A stretch of 63,969 nt of DNA, the filler included, from Folioceros fuciformis (lineage: Eukaryota), in assembly GCA_049999805.1 (NCBI GenBank). It is 3 parts of one record of this genome, joined end to end, with 100 filler letters (N's around TTAATTAATTAA, not from the genome) between each part and the next. Parts side by side here need not be neighbours in the genome. Positions count along the whole stretch, not along the records: positions 36,841 to 63,969 come from JBNGIO010006183.1; 2 more parts are not named here. The stretch is one strand, 5' to 3'. Of the stretch, positions 37,542 to 50,918 are shown in pieces. The notes below the pieces were generated by a model. That model was not told the DNA's origin and ran no database searches. It saw nothing but the letters and a program-made list of their open reading frames with translations. Numbering within the stretch: position 1 is the stretch's first letter; each line of letters starts with the position of its first letter. Both the position numbers and the translations under genes were made by a program.

Positions 37542-39585
37542 TCAAACGGGCAAATGGCTATCCATAAAAATGATGGATTGCTGGGCATAGATGGTCTGCT
37601 GCTGCTGGATGGGGATGGTAGCATTGATCTGATTGAGAGGGAAGACTACGAAGCCGTAGTCACCAACGTTGTCGTGGTTGGCTCCCTGAACCTTGATGAA
37701 CTGCGTAGTGGCGGGGTTGAAGTTAACTGGTCCGGGGTTTCTGTCGAGGCTGCCGTAAATGGCAAGCACAGGCAGTGGCGAGGTCGTGAGATCCCCGTTG
37801 GCGGTGCTTCCTGCGTTCTGCAGCACTAAGGCAAACACCTTCGGGGACACACTCGCGGATGCAGCACCGTACACAGTGGTGGCAATGGCTCCTCGAGAGT
37901 GGCCTCCCACCACCCAGTGTTGCACTCCTGCACAGCTCACAAAGCAACATTGTGACCCGGTTTAGATCAGCTGTTCGGCTGAGAGGAAGGCAAGTTTGAT
38001 TGTTGCACCAGTTGGCGTGGTGTTGAAGCACGTAGGATTACCGGAAAACGCAGAGCTGTTGATGATTCCGTTCACGTCATCGTCGATGTCAGATAGCACA
38101 AAATTCACAGTGCTGCTGTGCCGGGCCGGGATGTCGAAGACCACCACCAAGTAGCCTCGAGATGAAAGTTCGAAAGCCATGGGGAAGTAGCTGCTCGCGC
38201 TGATCCGTGTTCCGGGCATGTACACGAAGCCTCCCTTGACGGTTGCTGGAGTGAAGACGTTCAAAGTCCTCTGCATATAGTCCAATTGCCCAAAACCTTG
38301 ATGACAGTGTGAGAGGAGAAGCTAGTACGAATCTGGAGATGGCATATCACGGAAAGAGAAGGAAGGCAGTGGGCCTGACCGGAGGGTCTGTAGAGGTGAG
38401 GCCTGGATAGGGCAGTCTGGAGAAGGTGACGAGGTTGGGAGGATCCGTCGGGTAGGCCTTGGAGCCGGGGTTGCCTGGAGTGAGGTTGTTGTTGTCCCCG
38501 TAGCTGAGCGCTCTGGCAGTAGGAAACGTCCAGGGATGAAACCTCAGCATGTTCAGCAACGAGGCCTGGATGATGCCGCCCACCAGCGAGGATTGGGCAG
38601 CCTGCGCGGCCACATCCGCGGGGGTGTTTTGCTTGTCATTCCCCTTGTTCCCCACGCAGGTGCTGTAGGCGAAGTCGTAGTGGTTGGCGTCGGCCACATT
38701 TGCATTTACGAAGGAATCCCCTGCAGGGGGAATCCACCACAGTGAGCAACAACATCTCGCGGCACACGCATTCCCAAATCCAATCGGGGAACCTGCAAAT
38801 CGAGATGATTGCAATTGCCTGGTTACCAGACACAGTGGCAGCGAATGCTGGAATGACCGATGGCGGAGTCTCGGTGTCATTGCCGCCGAAGAAGAGGTAA
38901 GCTCCAAGATTGGATGCGAACACGGAGGTGGTCTCCGGCAGCGCAGAAGCAAGGAAAGCAAGGGCGGTGACGACGGACACTCCCTGCGCTGCCGCCACTG
39001 CGGCAGCCACGTTTCCGGCCTCCGAGCCATGCGCCACCAGCACCCAGGTGAAGATTGTTGGGTTGGCGGCGATGGCGGCGCTAACCAGGCTTGCATCCGT
39101 GTAGGCCGTGATCACCGTATACCTGGCCCGCGCAGCCGAGCCTGCAGCATTTGCTCTCAGATTCCGGGAATTGGTTGACACCATCACACGACGTCCAGGG
39201 CTGTTGCGAACCTACCGATAGCGTAGGGCGCGTACGCTTCCGGAGCCACGTGCTTGTGCGGGATGAACATGGTGCCCCTGGTGAGCACGGTGGCGTTGTT
39301 GTTGTCGGGACCCGCCTGGGAAGGCGGGATGGCACTCACATTGGTGACGGCGAAGTGTAGGCCCCAGGTCTCGTTACCGTAGATCATGCCCTGGGGGATG
39401 GACTGCAGCGCGGCCAGAGCCTGCGCGTTCCCCGAGCACTTGAAGTCATCGCCATTGTTTCTCCCACCATCGCCGTTGCCGTTGCCATTGCTGCCTGCTG
39501 CCCCTCGGAGGACGAGGAGCACGCAGAGCATCCACTCGAACAAGCCGGGAATGAGCTTGCCCTCCATTGCCGTGCGGCTTGCCAT
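37542..39585 (-). CDS. Secreted protein with two tandem alpha/beta-hydrolase (Abhydrolase_5-like) domains; 5 exons, ~557 aa
   Basis: Exons 39585-39216, 39141-38827, 38720-38380, 38270-38009 and 37927-37542 sum to 1674 nt in frame. Hydrophobic leader WMLCVLLVLRGAAG. Domain 2 has GGHSRG, YGSLD and GANH; domain 1 has AHGSEAG, GGND and DANH. Confidence 0.85.
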
Positions 39586-40943
39586 CGGGAGGCGGATTCC
39601 TTCCCAGCATCTTGGAGCTCGCGGATTTGTACCGCTGCTGCGGGCCCGCCTCTGGGTATTGCAGCCTGCCTTGCTGACCTCGCAACTTGGAACGCCGCTC
39701 TCATGTTGCCTTCGCCCACGTGCTCCATTCCCACAACCGTATAACAAAAGCGAGCCCTGTGCGAGATGGGCTCTAAAGATGGATACTTACGCAGTGTGCG
39801 GCCCCTATTCTGGGATCAACTTGCTTTGCATTCCGGAGACATTCTGTGTAGAAATTTCTACTCTCGGCAGTCACGAATACCTCCTACACATTTAACTTCA
39901 GTATGTTGGAGCCTGACTTCAGTATGTTTTCCAGGCTCCAACCCAATTTGGAGTCTGTCATGCAAAGCATCAATAAACAAACAAGGATGGCCGGGCTGGT
40001 TAGCTGGTGGGAGGACGAACGAGAGTGAGATGTGAAAGAAAACGTGGCTGACCTGTTTGCAACATCATCACCACCACTGAAAGGTTAGAATCTGAGTATG
40101 TGAGGGATCTCATCAGCAAGCAGGAGTATGAGCCACAGTGCAACAAGCCCATATCCCGATTCCGAGCTGTAAACGCCACCCTCGGCAACACAGTCCCTGA
40201 CGTCCAGAATCTCATGAAGGGAGAAAGCCCGATCGGTTATCTTGTTGGTGATGCCCTGTTCGCGGATTAGGGTAATGGAATATTCTCGTCCCTAGTTCTG
40301 TGGGTTTCCGACAGGTTGAGCTAGCTGGTTGAGGGACATGGAGGTATGAGATGTGGTGCCCCGCCGTCGTGAATCGGCTTCTTGTGTCTGGACTTCCCTG
40401 ACACGCTTGAGCACAAGGGCGCAGCATCGGATGGCGCGTCTCCGGCCGCGGCAATGCGCCGTGGCAGTCGCTCAATACGTGCAACAGTTCATTACAGCCA
40501 TTGATGCAGTGAACCTAAATGGTTGCCGTGGGCCAGGTCCAGCCTCTGCTTATACATCTACTGACAACCCTCAATCCAGCCCCTCACCTATCCCCTGACT
40601 TCCAAGGAATAGTGATCGGAAGGGATTGGATAGGATTCTCCTGTCTGCACGTGATGCTAGCCTCAGAAGCCTCGAATGAGCCACAATCCGGGCACATACG
40701 TTCGACGTGGAATCATCCTATAATACCTTTCTCAGATCCTTGCCCTGCATTCTTCTGTGTGACGGATTGATAAAAACGACCAGCAGCAGTACAGAATCCT
40801 AAAGCCAATGACGGCATAGCTATGATACAACCCATGGGAACCTTCTCTACCAGTGCACAGGGTGTTTAGCAATGTGTTAGCATGGGTGTTAATCTACACG
40901 TTGGCTTAGAAGTGGATGGCAGGGTGGCGATCAGGCTCGAGCG

Positions 40944-43900
40944 TTACCCATTGCTGTGCGACCTTGTGCGCCTTCTTGAACCAACAGTTTGTGTCTGAGA
41001 CCTCGCTACAAAACTCGGCGAACCCCTAGACTGGCCAGCTTCCAGGGTGTCCCTGTCCTCCACTGATGTCAGGTTCTCCTGCTCTCCAGTCGAGGGAGTG
41101 TGTGCAACTTCATCCTGTCCAGTAACGGGAGCCGCAAGCTTCATCCTGGGAATGGACATGGACTTCAAAGGAGTGGAAGAATTGCCATTCACCTCCTTGA
41201 GCACGGCCGCCGCAGTGGCCGCAGCAGCCACGTCTGCCACAGCTCCCACAAGGTGGACCGCCTGAGTCGGAGGCCTGCTTGCTGAGGGAATGCCAGGGGC
41301 CCGGATGCACGGGCTCGGAGTCACAGGCGGGCGTCCCATGCGCGGATTAGGCGTCCTGTCCACGAGCCCTGAAGATTCAGGCCGTGTTGATGGATACTCT
41401 GGCCTTGAGTACCCAGGCGTTTGGTCCAACCAGGTAACGCGGGGGGATGGCGCTGCAGGACCTGCACTGGCCACCCTTTTCTTGGCTGTGGAGCTGCGCA
41501 ACACCCGTGGACACTGGCCCTGGACAGTTCTGTTGGATGCACCAACGTTTTCCTTATCCCTGTCCTTCATTCCGGCCAGGCTTGGAGTTGTCTCTCCTGC
41601 GCCAGGAGACCTGGCGCTCACAGGGGTCAGTGCTGCCGTTCCGCTTGGAGATGCTCTTTCCTCGGGGCCTCCGTGCTCTGTAGTACGCAGCATCTGTGTG
41701 CCAGATGGCGTTGCTTGTCCTTGCGCGGCTGCTGTTCTGGAAATCTCTGCAGCAGCCACGGCCACCTTCCCACGAGCTTTCGCTGCTTCGTACTTTTGGA
41801 TGTCGTACATAATCTCTTTCTGAAGCTGCTTGTCTGCAACCAAGATCTCTTCGATCTCGTTCTTGTAGTCTTTGAGCAGCACCCGGAGGCACTCCATCAA
41901 CATTCCCACCAGAGGGCTGTTTCTGCTTTCCAACATCCTGCACCGAGTACAAGGTCAGGCAGTGAGCGTGCGGCACTTGCATGCGCGGGTAGCAGAAAAG
42001 CAAGGCAGGAAAGTGCGCTGACCTCTTGAGCTCGATAAAAATGGGGATGGCATTCTGCACAAGGTTCTTCTTCATGAGCTGCGTCACGACGCGTCCCTTC
42101 ACCGCAGCCACAGCAGCTGCATGACCATTTTCTTCCTCCGCATCTAGGCCATCGTTTGCTGCAGCGTGTCCCTTGTTTGTAATATGCATCTCCTTCGACG
42201 CCAGTACTTTCAAGGCATCCTGCACTCCATGGAGATACGATAAACACGTCTTGTCAGTCAGGAAATCTGTCTCCCATTCCACACTTACCAGACAGACCGC
42301 TACCACAGATTTGCCACGTCACACGACATACCTCTAGAACACACTGCGCACAAGGATCACTTATGTCGAGTAGACCATCGACTGCTGCAGCTAGAATTTC
42401 GGAGTATAGCTTCGCTGAAGTGGCTAGGAGATGCTCGGGAGCCATCTGGTGTAGTAGGGAATTGTAGATATGCATCCTCTTGGTGACCATCGAATCGCTA
42501 TTCCCTCTGCACATCACAAAGGATCCAGTCTTCACACGATTGCCCTGACGACTAAGCTATTATTCTGATTCATAACATCAGAACAATAGGGGAGTAGGTT
42601 AAGAATCTGGTGAGACCTTAGAGAGAAAAGCCTGCGCTCACTTTCCGAGCTTCGCAGGGCACTGCTGTATCCTGAGTGGCCTTGACAGTCATTGAGTAAG
42701 AAGATGGTCTCGACAAAGCTGTTGTACGCAAGAAGAGGGGCTTTCACTGTGTTTCACAGCGCCAAACCACGAGACAGGTGTTAGAATTTGACTTTCAGAG
42801 GTTGAAAGGAGATTTGCAAGGCTCGAAGGTGCATGCGGATATTTGTCTCACCTTTAAGAATGGTCCCCATCAGAAAGTTTGCAAGCTGGCATATTCTGGT
42901 AGAATCATCAACCAAGGCCAGAAGAAAACGATGAAAGATCATCCCTCGCCATTTGACGTAATCTCTCTGCCAATCCAGAGGGTCCGACCTTACCATGCTG
43001 AGCTGAAAATATAATAAAAGCATTGACAAAATGACTCTCACTGCTTTTCGGGGGACAGACCAGCTCTCTGCTAGACATGGTGTTGTCAAAGCTTGCATAC
43101 CTGCAGCAGTCTTGCAAGAAGCACAAATGTCTGTCTCCGAACCAGCTCACAAGGATCCTGCAAGGATTTTGTCAACTTGTGAATGTACCTGGCAAAATGA
43201 ACCACAAGATCCACCAATCAGGCCAAAAATCATCACCACGCGTCCTTCAAGAACTTGAAACGCTAGTCGATGAGCACAAGGCTGACTTACCCGTCAACTA
43301 AAGCGGTATAGCGAACACAAAAGTCCGTCATAGCGATCATGATATTGTTGCGAATTGCAGCTGACTTGCTACGATCGAGCTCCTGTTAATGTGGCACCTC
43401 TCAAGTCAGTTTACTCTGAACCTCTTCAAATGTATCACCAAACCCACAAGGCCCAAGCATAAATGTCAGAATCATACCGTAAAGCTCCAAAATTACCTGA
43501 ATGAACAGGGGAATGCAACGCTTGGCCAGACTGTTGTCAGCAAGGCATAGCTTCCCAAGGGTGATCCACACTTGAACGGTGACTTCGGGAGCTACTCCGA
43601 TCACAAAGGAGCTCCCATCCTCATCCGCTTGTTGCGGACCTAAAACTGGTGTCACCTTTTGAGGGGCAACCAAGGCCTGTAATAGGGTTACAAGATGTCC
43701 TGGCTTTTCAGATGGGCATACCAGAACCGCAGCTCCGATGGTGAACACGACTGTCACAAGCTGAGATGTAGGTACTGGCAAGCAGTCCTCAGTAGGTGAA
43801 ACAAGGTGCTTCTCATTCCTTGTACTTTTGGCAGATCCTTTAGGCAAGCTTGGAACCCGAGACTTAGTCTTCCTGCTGCTCCTGGGTTTTGGTGTGGTCA

Positions 43901-46900
43901 ACGTGTCTCCATGGACACGGTTCTGTTCATCTTGTAAGCTCGACTTGGAAATATAAGCCTGCAGGATGTCCCCAGCTTTTCTCAAGATTGTCTTCACCCA
44001 TACAGAAACAAGCTCATCACCCTGCTCCTGTATGTCAGCTTTTCGTCTGCAGAGAGTAGCTAGTGCCTTGACATGTGCTGCAACCTGGACAGTAGGGGGT
44101 TATCTTAGCAGCGTTTGGAACCGGATTCTTAGAGTCTTGTGCAAATTTTGGAAAAACGTCACAGAGAATAAAAGAATGGAACGAGATCATACCTCTGCAG
44201 GATGCATATTGAAGGCCTCCAAATGTGAAAGCAACTCTGAGGCTAGATCATAGATAGCTTCTGATGGAAGTTCCAAAGCTATGTTTGATATAGTCTGCAG
44301 AAGATGCACCCTGTCAGCTGCCCAAGCTGCAGACACAAAGCTGTTCCCGTTCTGTTCCTCATCCAGCCCAGGGGTTTGGGGCTTAGAGCATGAGTACGGT
44401 GTGCTCACAGCCTCTTGAACCCCAGGAGTTCTTTTCGACCTGTCTTGCTTTTCCAGAAGCTGCCAATGGGTTCGCAGAAAGTCCCAACCCACAGCTTTTG
44501 GGACAAATGCAGACACTTCAGCCAAGAGCATCCAGGCTCCTTCAGGTGCTGCATCATACCTCCTCCTTCTGGAGGGTTTTGAACAAGAGGCGTTGATAAT
44601 GTTCTGTAAAGCTAAGGCTACACCAGGTCTCACTCGGTTCCTCTTGCCTAGACCTGTGCAGATTTGCTTCACACAGGAAGCTATAGCACCCCCATCTGCC
44701 ATGCCTTTCAGCGTATCGAGAATACCAGGAGGCAATACGTCTTGAAAGTCTTGATGTTGCTCATCAATGCTGGGTCCTTGACCCTTCCTCTTACCCCTGG
44801 ACCGTTGCAGACGGACGTTCAGACTTGAGAGCTTAATGGCTGAAACTGTAGCAATCCTATCAAGGACAATCTCCTGAAAGATATCCAGGCATTCATCCTG
44901 TATGGACGTTTCGTTGTCCAGCGCCAAAGGCAGAGCAGATTGCAGCCATTCTAGGATCACCTTCTGATCTCCCGGAAATTTCCTCAACACCTGCGCATGT
45001 TCCATAGGTGGAGAGTCAATTCATAATCGATCTGACTTGAAGGTGAGCACAATCCTGAAATGTGAACGCCATAAGTAGTTACCTCTGTAAGGGCAGAAAG
45101 TGCGGCCTTCCTGATACTAACAAGGGGATCAGCACAGGCCGCTCCCATGGCCTGCAGGGTAGACTCATCGGGAGGCTTTCCAGACAGAGCTGCGGTCTTT
45201 TTCATCAGAGAAAGAGCTGCTTTCCGAACACCTGCCTTTTCATCTAGGCATCTTCTTCGCAGAAGTGATCCCAAGTCCCCATGGCCAGCCCCTGGAGTCA
45301 AAGGGGTTGCTGAGGGTCCACATTCGTCCACATCAGGTGTGTGGTCAATGAGCATTGGCGTTTCACACTTGTTCACAGCACCATCTGTCTGTGCAGAGCA
45401 ACCAGTATGTGCTGCCGGAGGATTGACAAAACCCAGCAAAGTCTGCAGGTGTCCTCGACACCTGATTTTTCCAGATAGAAGGTCAACCACCTGGCCCAGA
45501 TTTCCCAAAGCCCGGGCACGGATAGTGGGGACTTTGTCAGAGCATCGATGCAATACAGCCTCAACACAAGAGACTCCCCAAGAGTGATTCACAGTTGAGT
45601 CTATGGCTTCACCATCTTCGCCTCTGTCAGGAGATGCCAAATGTTGGCTTTCTCCCTTGAGTGCAGCGCTCTGAGAAGTCGAGCCTATTCTGGGGCTAGT
45701 GACATATGCTTCTACATCTCTTTCGAAAGGGTCTGGCAGCTTTTCGAACAGGGCAACCGCAACATCTACAGCAAGCAACCGGTGACGAGGCTTCCCCCTT
45801 GAAAGCTTTGCTACAAACTTTCCTAGACGTCCCCATTCCGAGGGCCCCAAGCCCTTCACAATCATCACCACAGCCTCCACGGCCAGGCTACGTGCTTCAA
45901 CTTTCTCTGGGGCTTTAAGGCATAAATACCGTGTAACAGCCACAACTGCTTCTCGAACATCTCTGTTCGACGCAAGGTCAGCAGACACGAACTCTAGAGC
46001 TGCCGCTCGAATTTTCCCTTTCTGATACGCAGTGCCTGCTGCTTGAGTACAAAGTATGCTAGGCGTGAGAGCTCGCAGGACCATAACCGCTGTATCCATC
46101 ACATCTCCATGAGAAGCATCCAGAAGGCCTCGTAAGACACTGAAAGACATGATCAATACAGACATGGAGCCTGCCTTAGCCATCCTTCGAACCTTGCCTC
46201 CTCCCCGAGACGCACCACTCTCCTCACATTCTTCCTCTAAGTCAGCAGTAAGGAGTGGCAAATCAACGACAAGCTCCACCACAATCTTCAACGTGTCCGG
46301 ATGCTCCTTCAAATGCAAGCAGTGCAATACGTTCTGCAAAGCGCCCAGAAATAGCACAACATCCTGCACACAGGCAAGCTCCTTCCTGCCTTGAGACTGT
46401 TCCTGCTCATACCCCTGCGACGCCTGCTCCTGGCTGGGCGACACCTCGTCCACCTCCATTTCGCAACCTGCACTCTCCCTGGACGACTCCGGTCCACGGC
46501 CTCGCTTCCCTTTCCTCCCTTTCCCCTTCACCTTCCCCTGCCGCACCTTGCCCTCCTGCACGGCTCTGCTGGGATTGCAGCAGCCGCGGATGCACTGGGT
46601 CATAACATGAAATGTCAGCGGATTGAATAGGCTGTAGAGAGGACAGTCTTCCACGAGCATCAGACCTAGGTAAATAGCTGCAGCCTTGAGCCCACCGGTA
46701 CCACCCTTCTCCATACTCCGCGACATCCCTCCCACAAAGGCTGCCAACGACACTCGCCTCTCAGCAAGCTCATTCCACAACCCAGAATCCAGTTTACACC
46801 TCTCCCCCCCAGAGTGCGCCTCAGCAAACATCTTGTACAATTCCGACAGCAGGCCTTCGGAAAGCGACCGTCCAGACGCACTACTGCACGGGGCCCCATC

Positions 46901-46987
46901 CTCGCTAGACAGGCTCTCGCATTCTCTGGCCCCAGCTTCTATCAAGGAGCAAACGTGAGCTGCCAGCCCATCGTCCTCCATATCCAT
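40944..46987 (-). CDS. CAP-D3: Condensin II complex subunit D3; multi-exon
   Basis: HEAT-repeat motifs RCSDKVPTIRARAL, CLDEKAGVRKAAL, LGKLCLAD, IRNNIMIAMTDFCVRYTALVD, DYVKWRG, IPIFIELKR, LKDYKNEIEEILVADKQL. Confidence 0.93.
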
Positions 46988-47959
46988 CTGAACTGCCTTA
47001 CAGCAACTCAAGATTGGACCCAGAAACTTTCCTGCAACAGCTTCCGTCTACGGCCAACCTGCATTTCTGTCTCACACCCAGCACCATTCTCACATAAACC
47101 CAAATCCAGGAGTCGAATCCAGCTTGCGAAGGCTCGAGCTTGGCCCCTGGAGTTAGCCCCTGGAGCGTGCAAACAAGAGGAGAAGAAAATTCAAAATACC
47201 GCAACGCGGGAGTTGGAAAGAAAAGGTAAATGGAAGAATAACATTATAGACTTAAGTCTCCGCCTTTCTTCATAAACTTAGTTGGCTAACGTTGTTAGCT
47301 TTGTTAGCGTCGGGCTCCTTTAGGGTTGGAAAGTTCGCTATCACACTGCCCTTCCCTTCCCCTTGGGATTGTTGCTTACACTTAATACTCAGGCACTCGA
47401 TTCGAGAATGCTCGCCAGAATTCTACCAAACTATCCGTTCCAGTCGTGATTTGAGGGCCGAGAAGGGCGTAGTTCCTCACGACAGCATCTCAGGGCATTC
47501 GTCAACGACATTGAATTGTCTGCCGAGCTTTGGTTCCCCCGCCGCTCGGTGCAGCAATCCGTAACTGCTTGGAGATCGTTTCATCGGCGAAGACTACCAG
47601 ATCCCGACGCTGCGTTAGCGGCGGAGAGGAGGTGCGAGACAGGCTGATGATCGCCGCCATCCGAGGCGGGTTCGTGATCAAGTTCAGGAAATCGGCGGTC
47701 TGCGTTTCAGGTTTCAGGCACCGCTGGTTGCATGTTGCTGGCGTCCGCTATATTTATTGCATTACAAATTGCAACGATAGTTCCTGTCCAGTAGTGGACC
47801 TACGTATTTTCATGGAGATAGTTAGATTTGTCTTTGTTCTGACTTTGCTTGTTTGAGGGGAAAGAATTCTAGTTGTAGGTGCTGGGCTGACATGGAGAGT
47901 GCCATCCTGCTTGCAGTGCCGGGCCCGTGGTGGTCTGGACAGGTTGTTCAATTCGGTGA

Positions 47960-50071
47960 ATGTCAACTTCGGACTCAAGCAGGGAGCTTATGACGTCCAA
48001 CGGGGACTATGTCCACTCGCCTCCTAGCACCCCGAGTCCGCAAGGGGGCATGGATTTTGGGAATGACGATGGAGTTGATTACATAGGAGAAGATCATACA
48101 CCATCAGCAAGTGCAGATGATGTTGGGATAGCCAACTCCGGTAATGATGATGGATTTAACCTCAAATCTAGTTCATCTGAGGCAGTTCCATTCTCAGGCA
48201 GTCGAGGATCTCAGTCTCAGAAATCCGGAAATGAGGAGCGGCTTGCCAATCTGATTGAGCTTAATAATACCTTGGTGCAGAAAGTGTCTGCACTTAGGAC
48301 TGACAAGGAAAGTCTCAATGAGAAACTGAAATCCTTGGAAGAGCAACTGAGAATAGTGAGAGCCAACCAGGCAGCAGAGGCGCAAGATGCTCTGCAGACT
48401 TTAGAATCTGTGAAGAAGGACCTGTTGGATGAGAAAGCTAAGGTGGATTTTGAACTGCAATCGTCCATAGACGAGAGGCAGAAGCTTGAGACGCAAGCTA
48501 CAGAGGTCAGACAGTTTATCGACGGTCTTCAAAGGGATTTTGCTGCATTGCTGACCGAGAAGATATTTCTGGAGCAGACGAATAGGGTCTTCGAAAGCAA
48601 GGCCAAGGATGCGTTAGATGCTTTAGAGGGCCTTCGTGGTCAGCACAATGGCGTGTTAGAAGAGAAGAATGAGCTGGAACAAAGTAAAATAGAGTTAGAG
48701 ATGGAGCGTCGGGCTTTGGAGACAGAGGTGTCACAGGTCACCAATAACCTTGATCAGATGAGAAGGGTGCACAATGAGCTGGTTCAGGAGCAGCGGGACC
48801 TGGAGAGGGAAAGGAGGGAAGCTGAAGAGAAGTTCGCCACTTATGTTGCAAAAGTGGATGAACTCAAAGGTGTCATAAAAGATCTGGAAGCAAAAAACGA
48901 GGAATTCTCTCTACGCCACCAGGACCTTCTATCGCAAAAGATTGCTTCCGAAGAGGTGCAAGGAGCATGGGAATCTGAGAATGCTTCACTTCTACAGCGG
49001 ATCCGGGATTTGTCAGAGGAGAAGACCCAACTTACGCAGACTTTGCGAGAGTCGGAGCAGCAGTTGGCTACAACAGTCGCTGCGCTGAAACAATCTGAGC
49101 AGGCCTTGGCCACTGCATCGGCTACAGTGACTGAGCTCAAGGAAGAAGTGGATACTCTACACCACCTGCACATGGAGCTCTCAAGGGACCATGGAAACTT
49201 GCAGATCCAGCAGGGTCACGCTGAGGCTGAGGGAAAGAGGATGATATCGTTGAATGTGGAGCTAGAGGATCAGCTGACAACTATGTCAGATACCCTCAAG
49301 GCTGCGGACGAAGCCCTTGAAGAAGCTAACAGGTCGGTTGATGTACTCCAGTGTGACCTCGGGAGGGAGAATCAACAGAAGCAGAGGGTGGAAAGCATGC
49401 TGGCAGAAGTGACAGTGCAGCTGCAGCAAGTACGCAAAGATAAGGAGGAGGTGCAAGCTAGAGTACACTATCTGGAAGAAAGAGTTGGAGACTTAGAGGA
49501 GGAGCTTTCGGCGGCTGTCACAGAGACTAACAAGGCTATCCGAAGAGCAGAAAGGGAAGCAGAAAGCAGCGAGGCATTGAGAAGGGAAGTTGGCACTCTG
49601 CATGGGGTGAAGGAGGCCCTGGAGGACGAGCTCATGGCGACCAAGTCTTGCCTGGATGCCACTCAAAAGGATTTGACAAGCACCAAGGACTCACTGTCTG
49701 AGATGGAAAATCAGTTGACAGAATATCGGAAGGAGCGGGAGAGCCTCAGAGGTGTGAAAGCGGCCTTAGAGTTGGAAATTCGGAGGATGAGCGGCTCGTC
49801 CGCCGAAACGGCAGACAAGGTGGAGGAGGAATTGAGAATGTGGAGGGAGAAGGTGGAGGAGCTCGCGGAGTCGTTGGAAAAGGCTAGGACTGCAGCAGGC
49901 AGTAATGAGAAAAAGACGTGGGAGGTCATGTCCGAACTCCAGGGTTTGAAGTCTGTGTTGCAGAGAAGGTCGAGGTGGAGCAAGGTCTGCTATCCGGCTG
50001 CAGTCGTCTCAGGAGCAGCGGCCCTTGCAGTTGGTTACACCGTCATCAAGTACAAAGTGAAGCCTCAGTGA
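47960..50071 (+). CDS. Single-exon long coiled-coil protein with C-terminal tail anchor (possibly PMD-like)
   Basis: 703-aa uninterrupted ORF rich in E/L/K/Q heptads, ending in hydrophobic YPAAVVSGAAALAVGYTVI plus basic KYKVKPQ. The PMD assignment rests on architecture only. Confidence 0.85.
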   Translation: MSTSDSSRELMTSNGDYVHSPPSTPSPQGGMDFGNDDGVDYIGEDHTPSASADDVGIANSGNDDGFNLKSSSSEAVPFSGSRGSQSQKSGNEERLANLIELNNTLVQKVSALRTDKESLNEKLKSLEEQLRIVRANQAAEAQDALQTLESVKKDLLDEKAKVDFELQSSIDERQKLETQATEVRQFIDGLQRDFAALLTEKIFLEQTNRVFESKAKDALDALEGLRGQHNGVLEEKNELEQSKIELEMERRALETEVSQVTNNLDQMRRVHNELVQEQRDLERERREAEEKFATYVAKVDELKGVIKDLEAKNEEFSLRHQDLLSQKIASEEVQGAWESENASLLQRIRDLSEEKTQLTQTLRESEQQLATTVAALKQSEQALATASATVTELKEEVDTLHHLHMELSRDHGNLQIQQGHAEAEGKRMISLNVELEDQLTTMSDTLKAADEALEEANRSVDVLQCDLGRENQQKQRVESMLAEVTVQLQQVRKDKEEVQARVHYLEERVGDLEEELSAAVTETNKAIRRAEREAESSEALRREVGTLHGVKEALEDELMATKSCLDATQKDLTSTKDSLSEMENQLTEYRKERESLRGVKAALELEIRRMSGSSAETADKVEEELRMWREKVEELAESLEKARTAAGSNEKKTWEVMSELQGLKSVLQRRSRWSKVCYPAAVVSGAAALAVGYTVIKYKVKPQ

Positions 50072-50918
50072 CGTCCCACTGTATACATGTAGATTTCTGC
50101 ATTGGTTTCCCCTTCCCAGAGCTCACCACCCTTGAGCGCGGCCACCCTCGAGTGCGCTCCCACCCACCCAGTTCCTTGCAAAGACCATGCGAGACTCCAT
50201 TTTTGCCACGAGTTCTGATTGTTTTTGGTGGTTAAAACCGCCCACCAGAGTGAACAGTTGAACGAAGAGGGAGGTCTGTTATGAGCTCTACGTGCCGCCG
50301 CGATGCACAGGCTCGCGGTGCCGAACACCAAGCTCTCAGTATCGGTTCCCGGTGCCCCTGTTAAGAAGTTAGTCACTACCCTGCCATCAGGGAAGTTTCC
50401 ACGGCACTGAGAGTCTCTGACTGGCTGTAATGTCCTGACAGCAAGGCAATGCGATTTGATATCGATGTGATTGGGCAATTTGTTCTTGATGCGATTGTGA
50501 TGAGTGAAAGAAACGTCGGGATCGTGACGGAGGCAAGCCCTCCGTGTCCGGACAGGCGGACAGCGTATAGGAAGTGACCGTTGATGACAGCTGAGCTTGG
50601 CGCGGCTTTCCTGGCAGGTGCAAGCTGGCTGCCAGCAAGTTCCGCGCTCTCTTCCGCTGCTCGAGCAGCTTCGCGCTGGGGACAGCTCGTCCCCCGCGCC
50701 TTGCCTGCCTTCCGAGCCTTAAAAGGCCATGGCGACCTCCCTGATTCCATCAACAGTTGCTCGCTGTCCTCCGCTTCCATCATCGCTACCTCCATCGCAC
50801 CTCCTTCTGTTTCGCCACATTTCTGCAGCGCCTGGCTCTGTCCCCCTTCACTTCTTTTCCGCAGCCGCTATCACAGCTCCCTCTTGGCCTGTGGCGAATC
50901 TCACACATTTCGGAAGCC

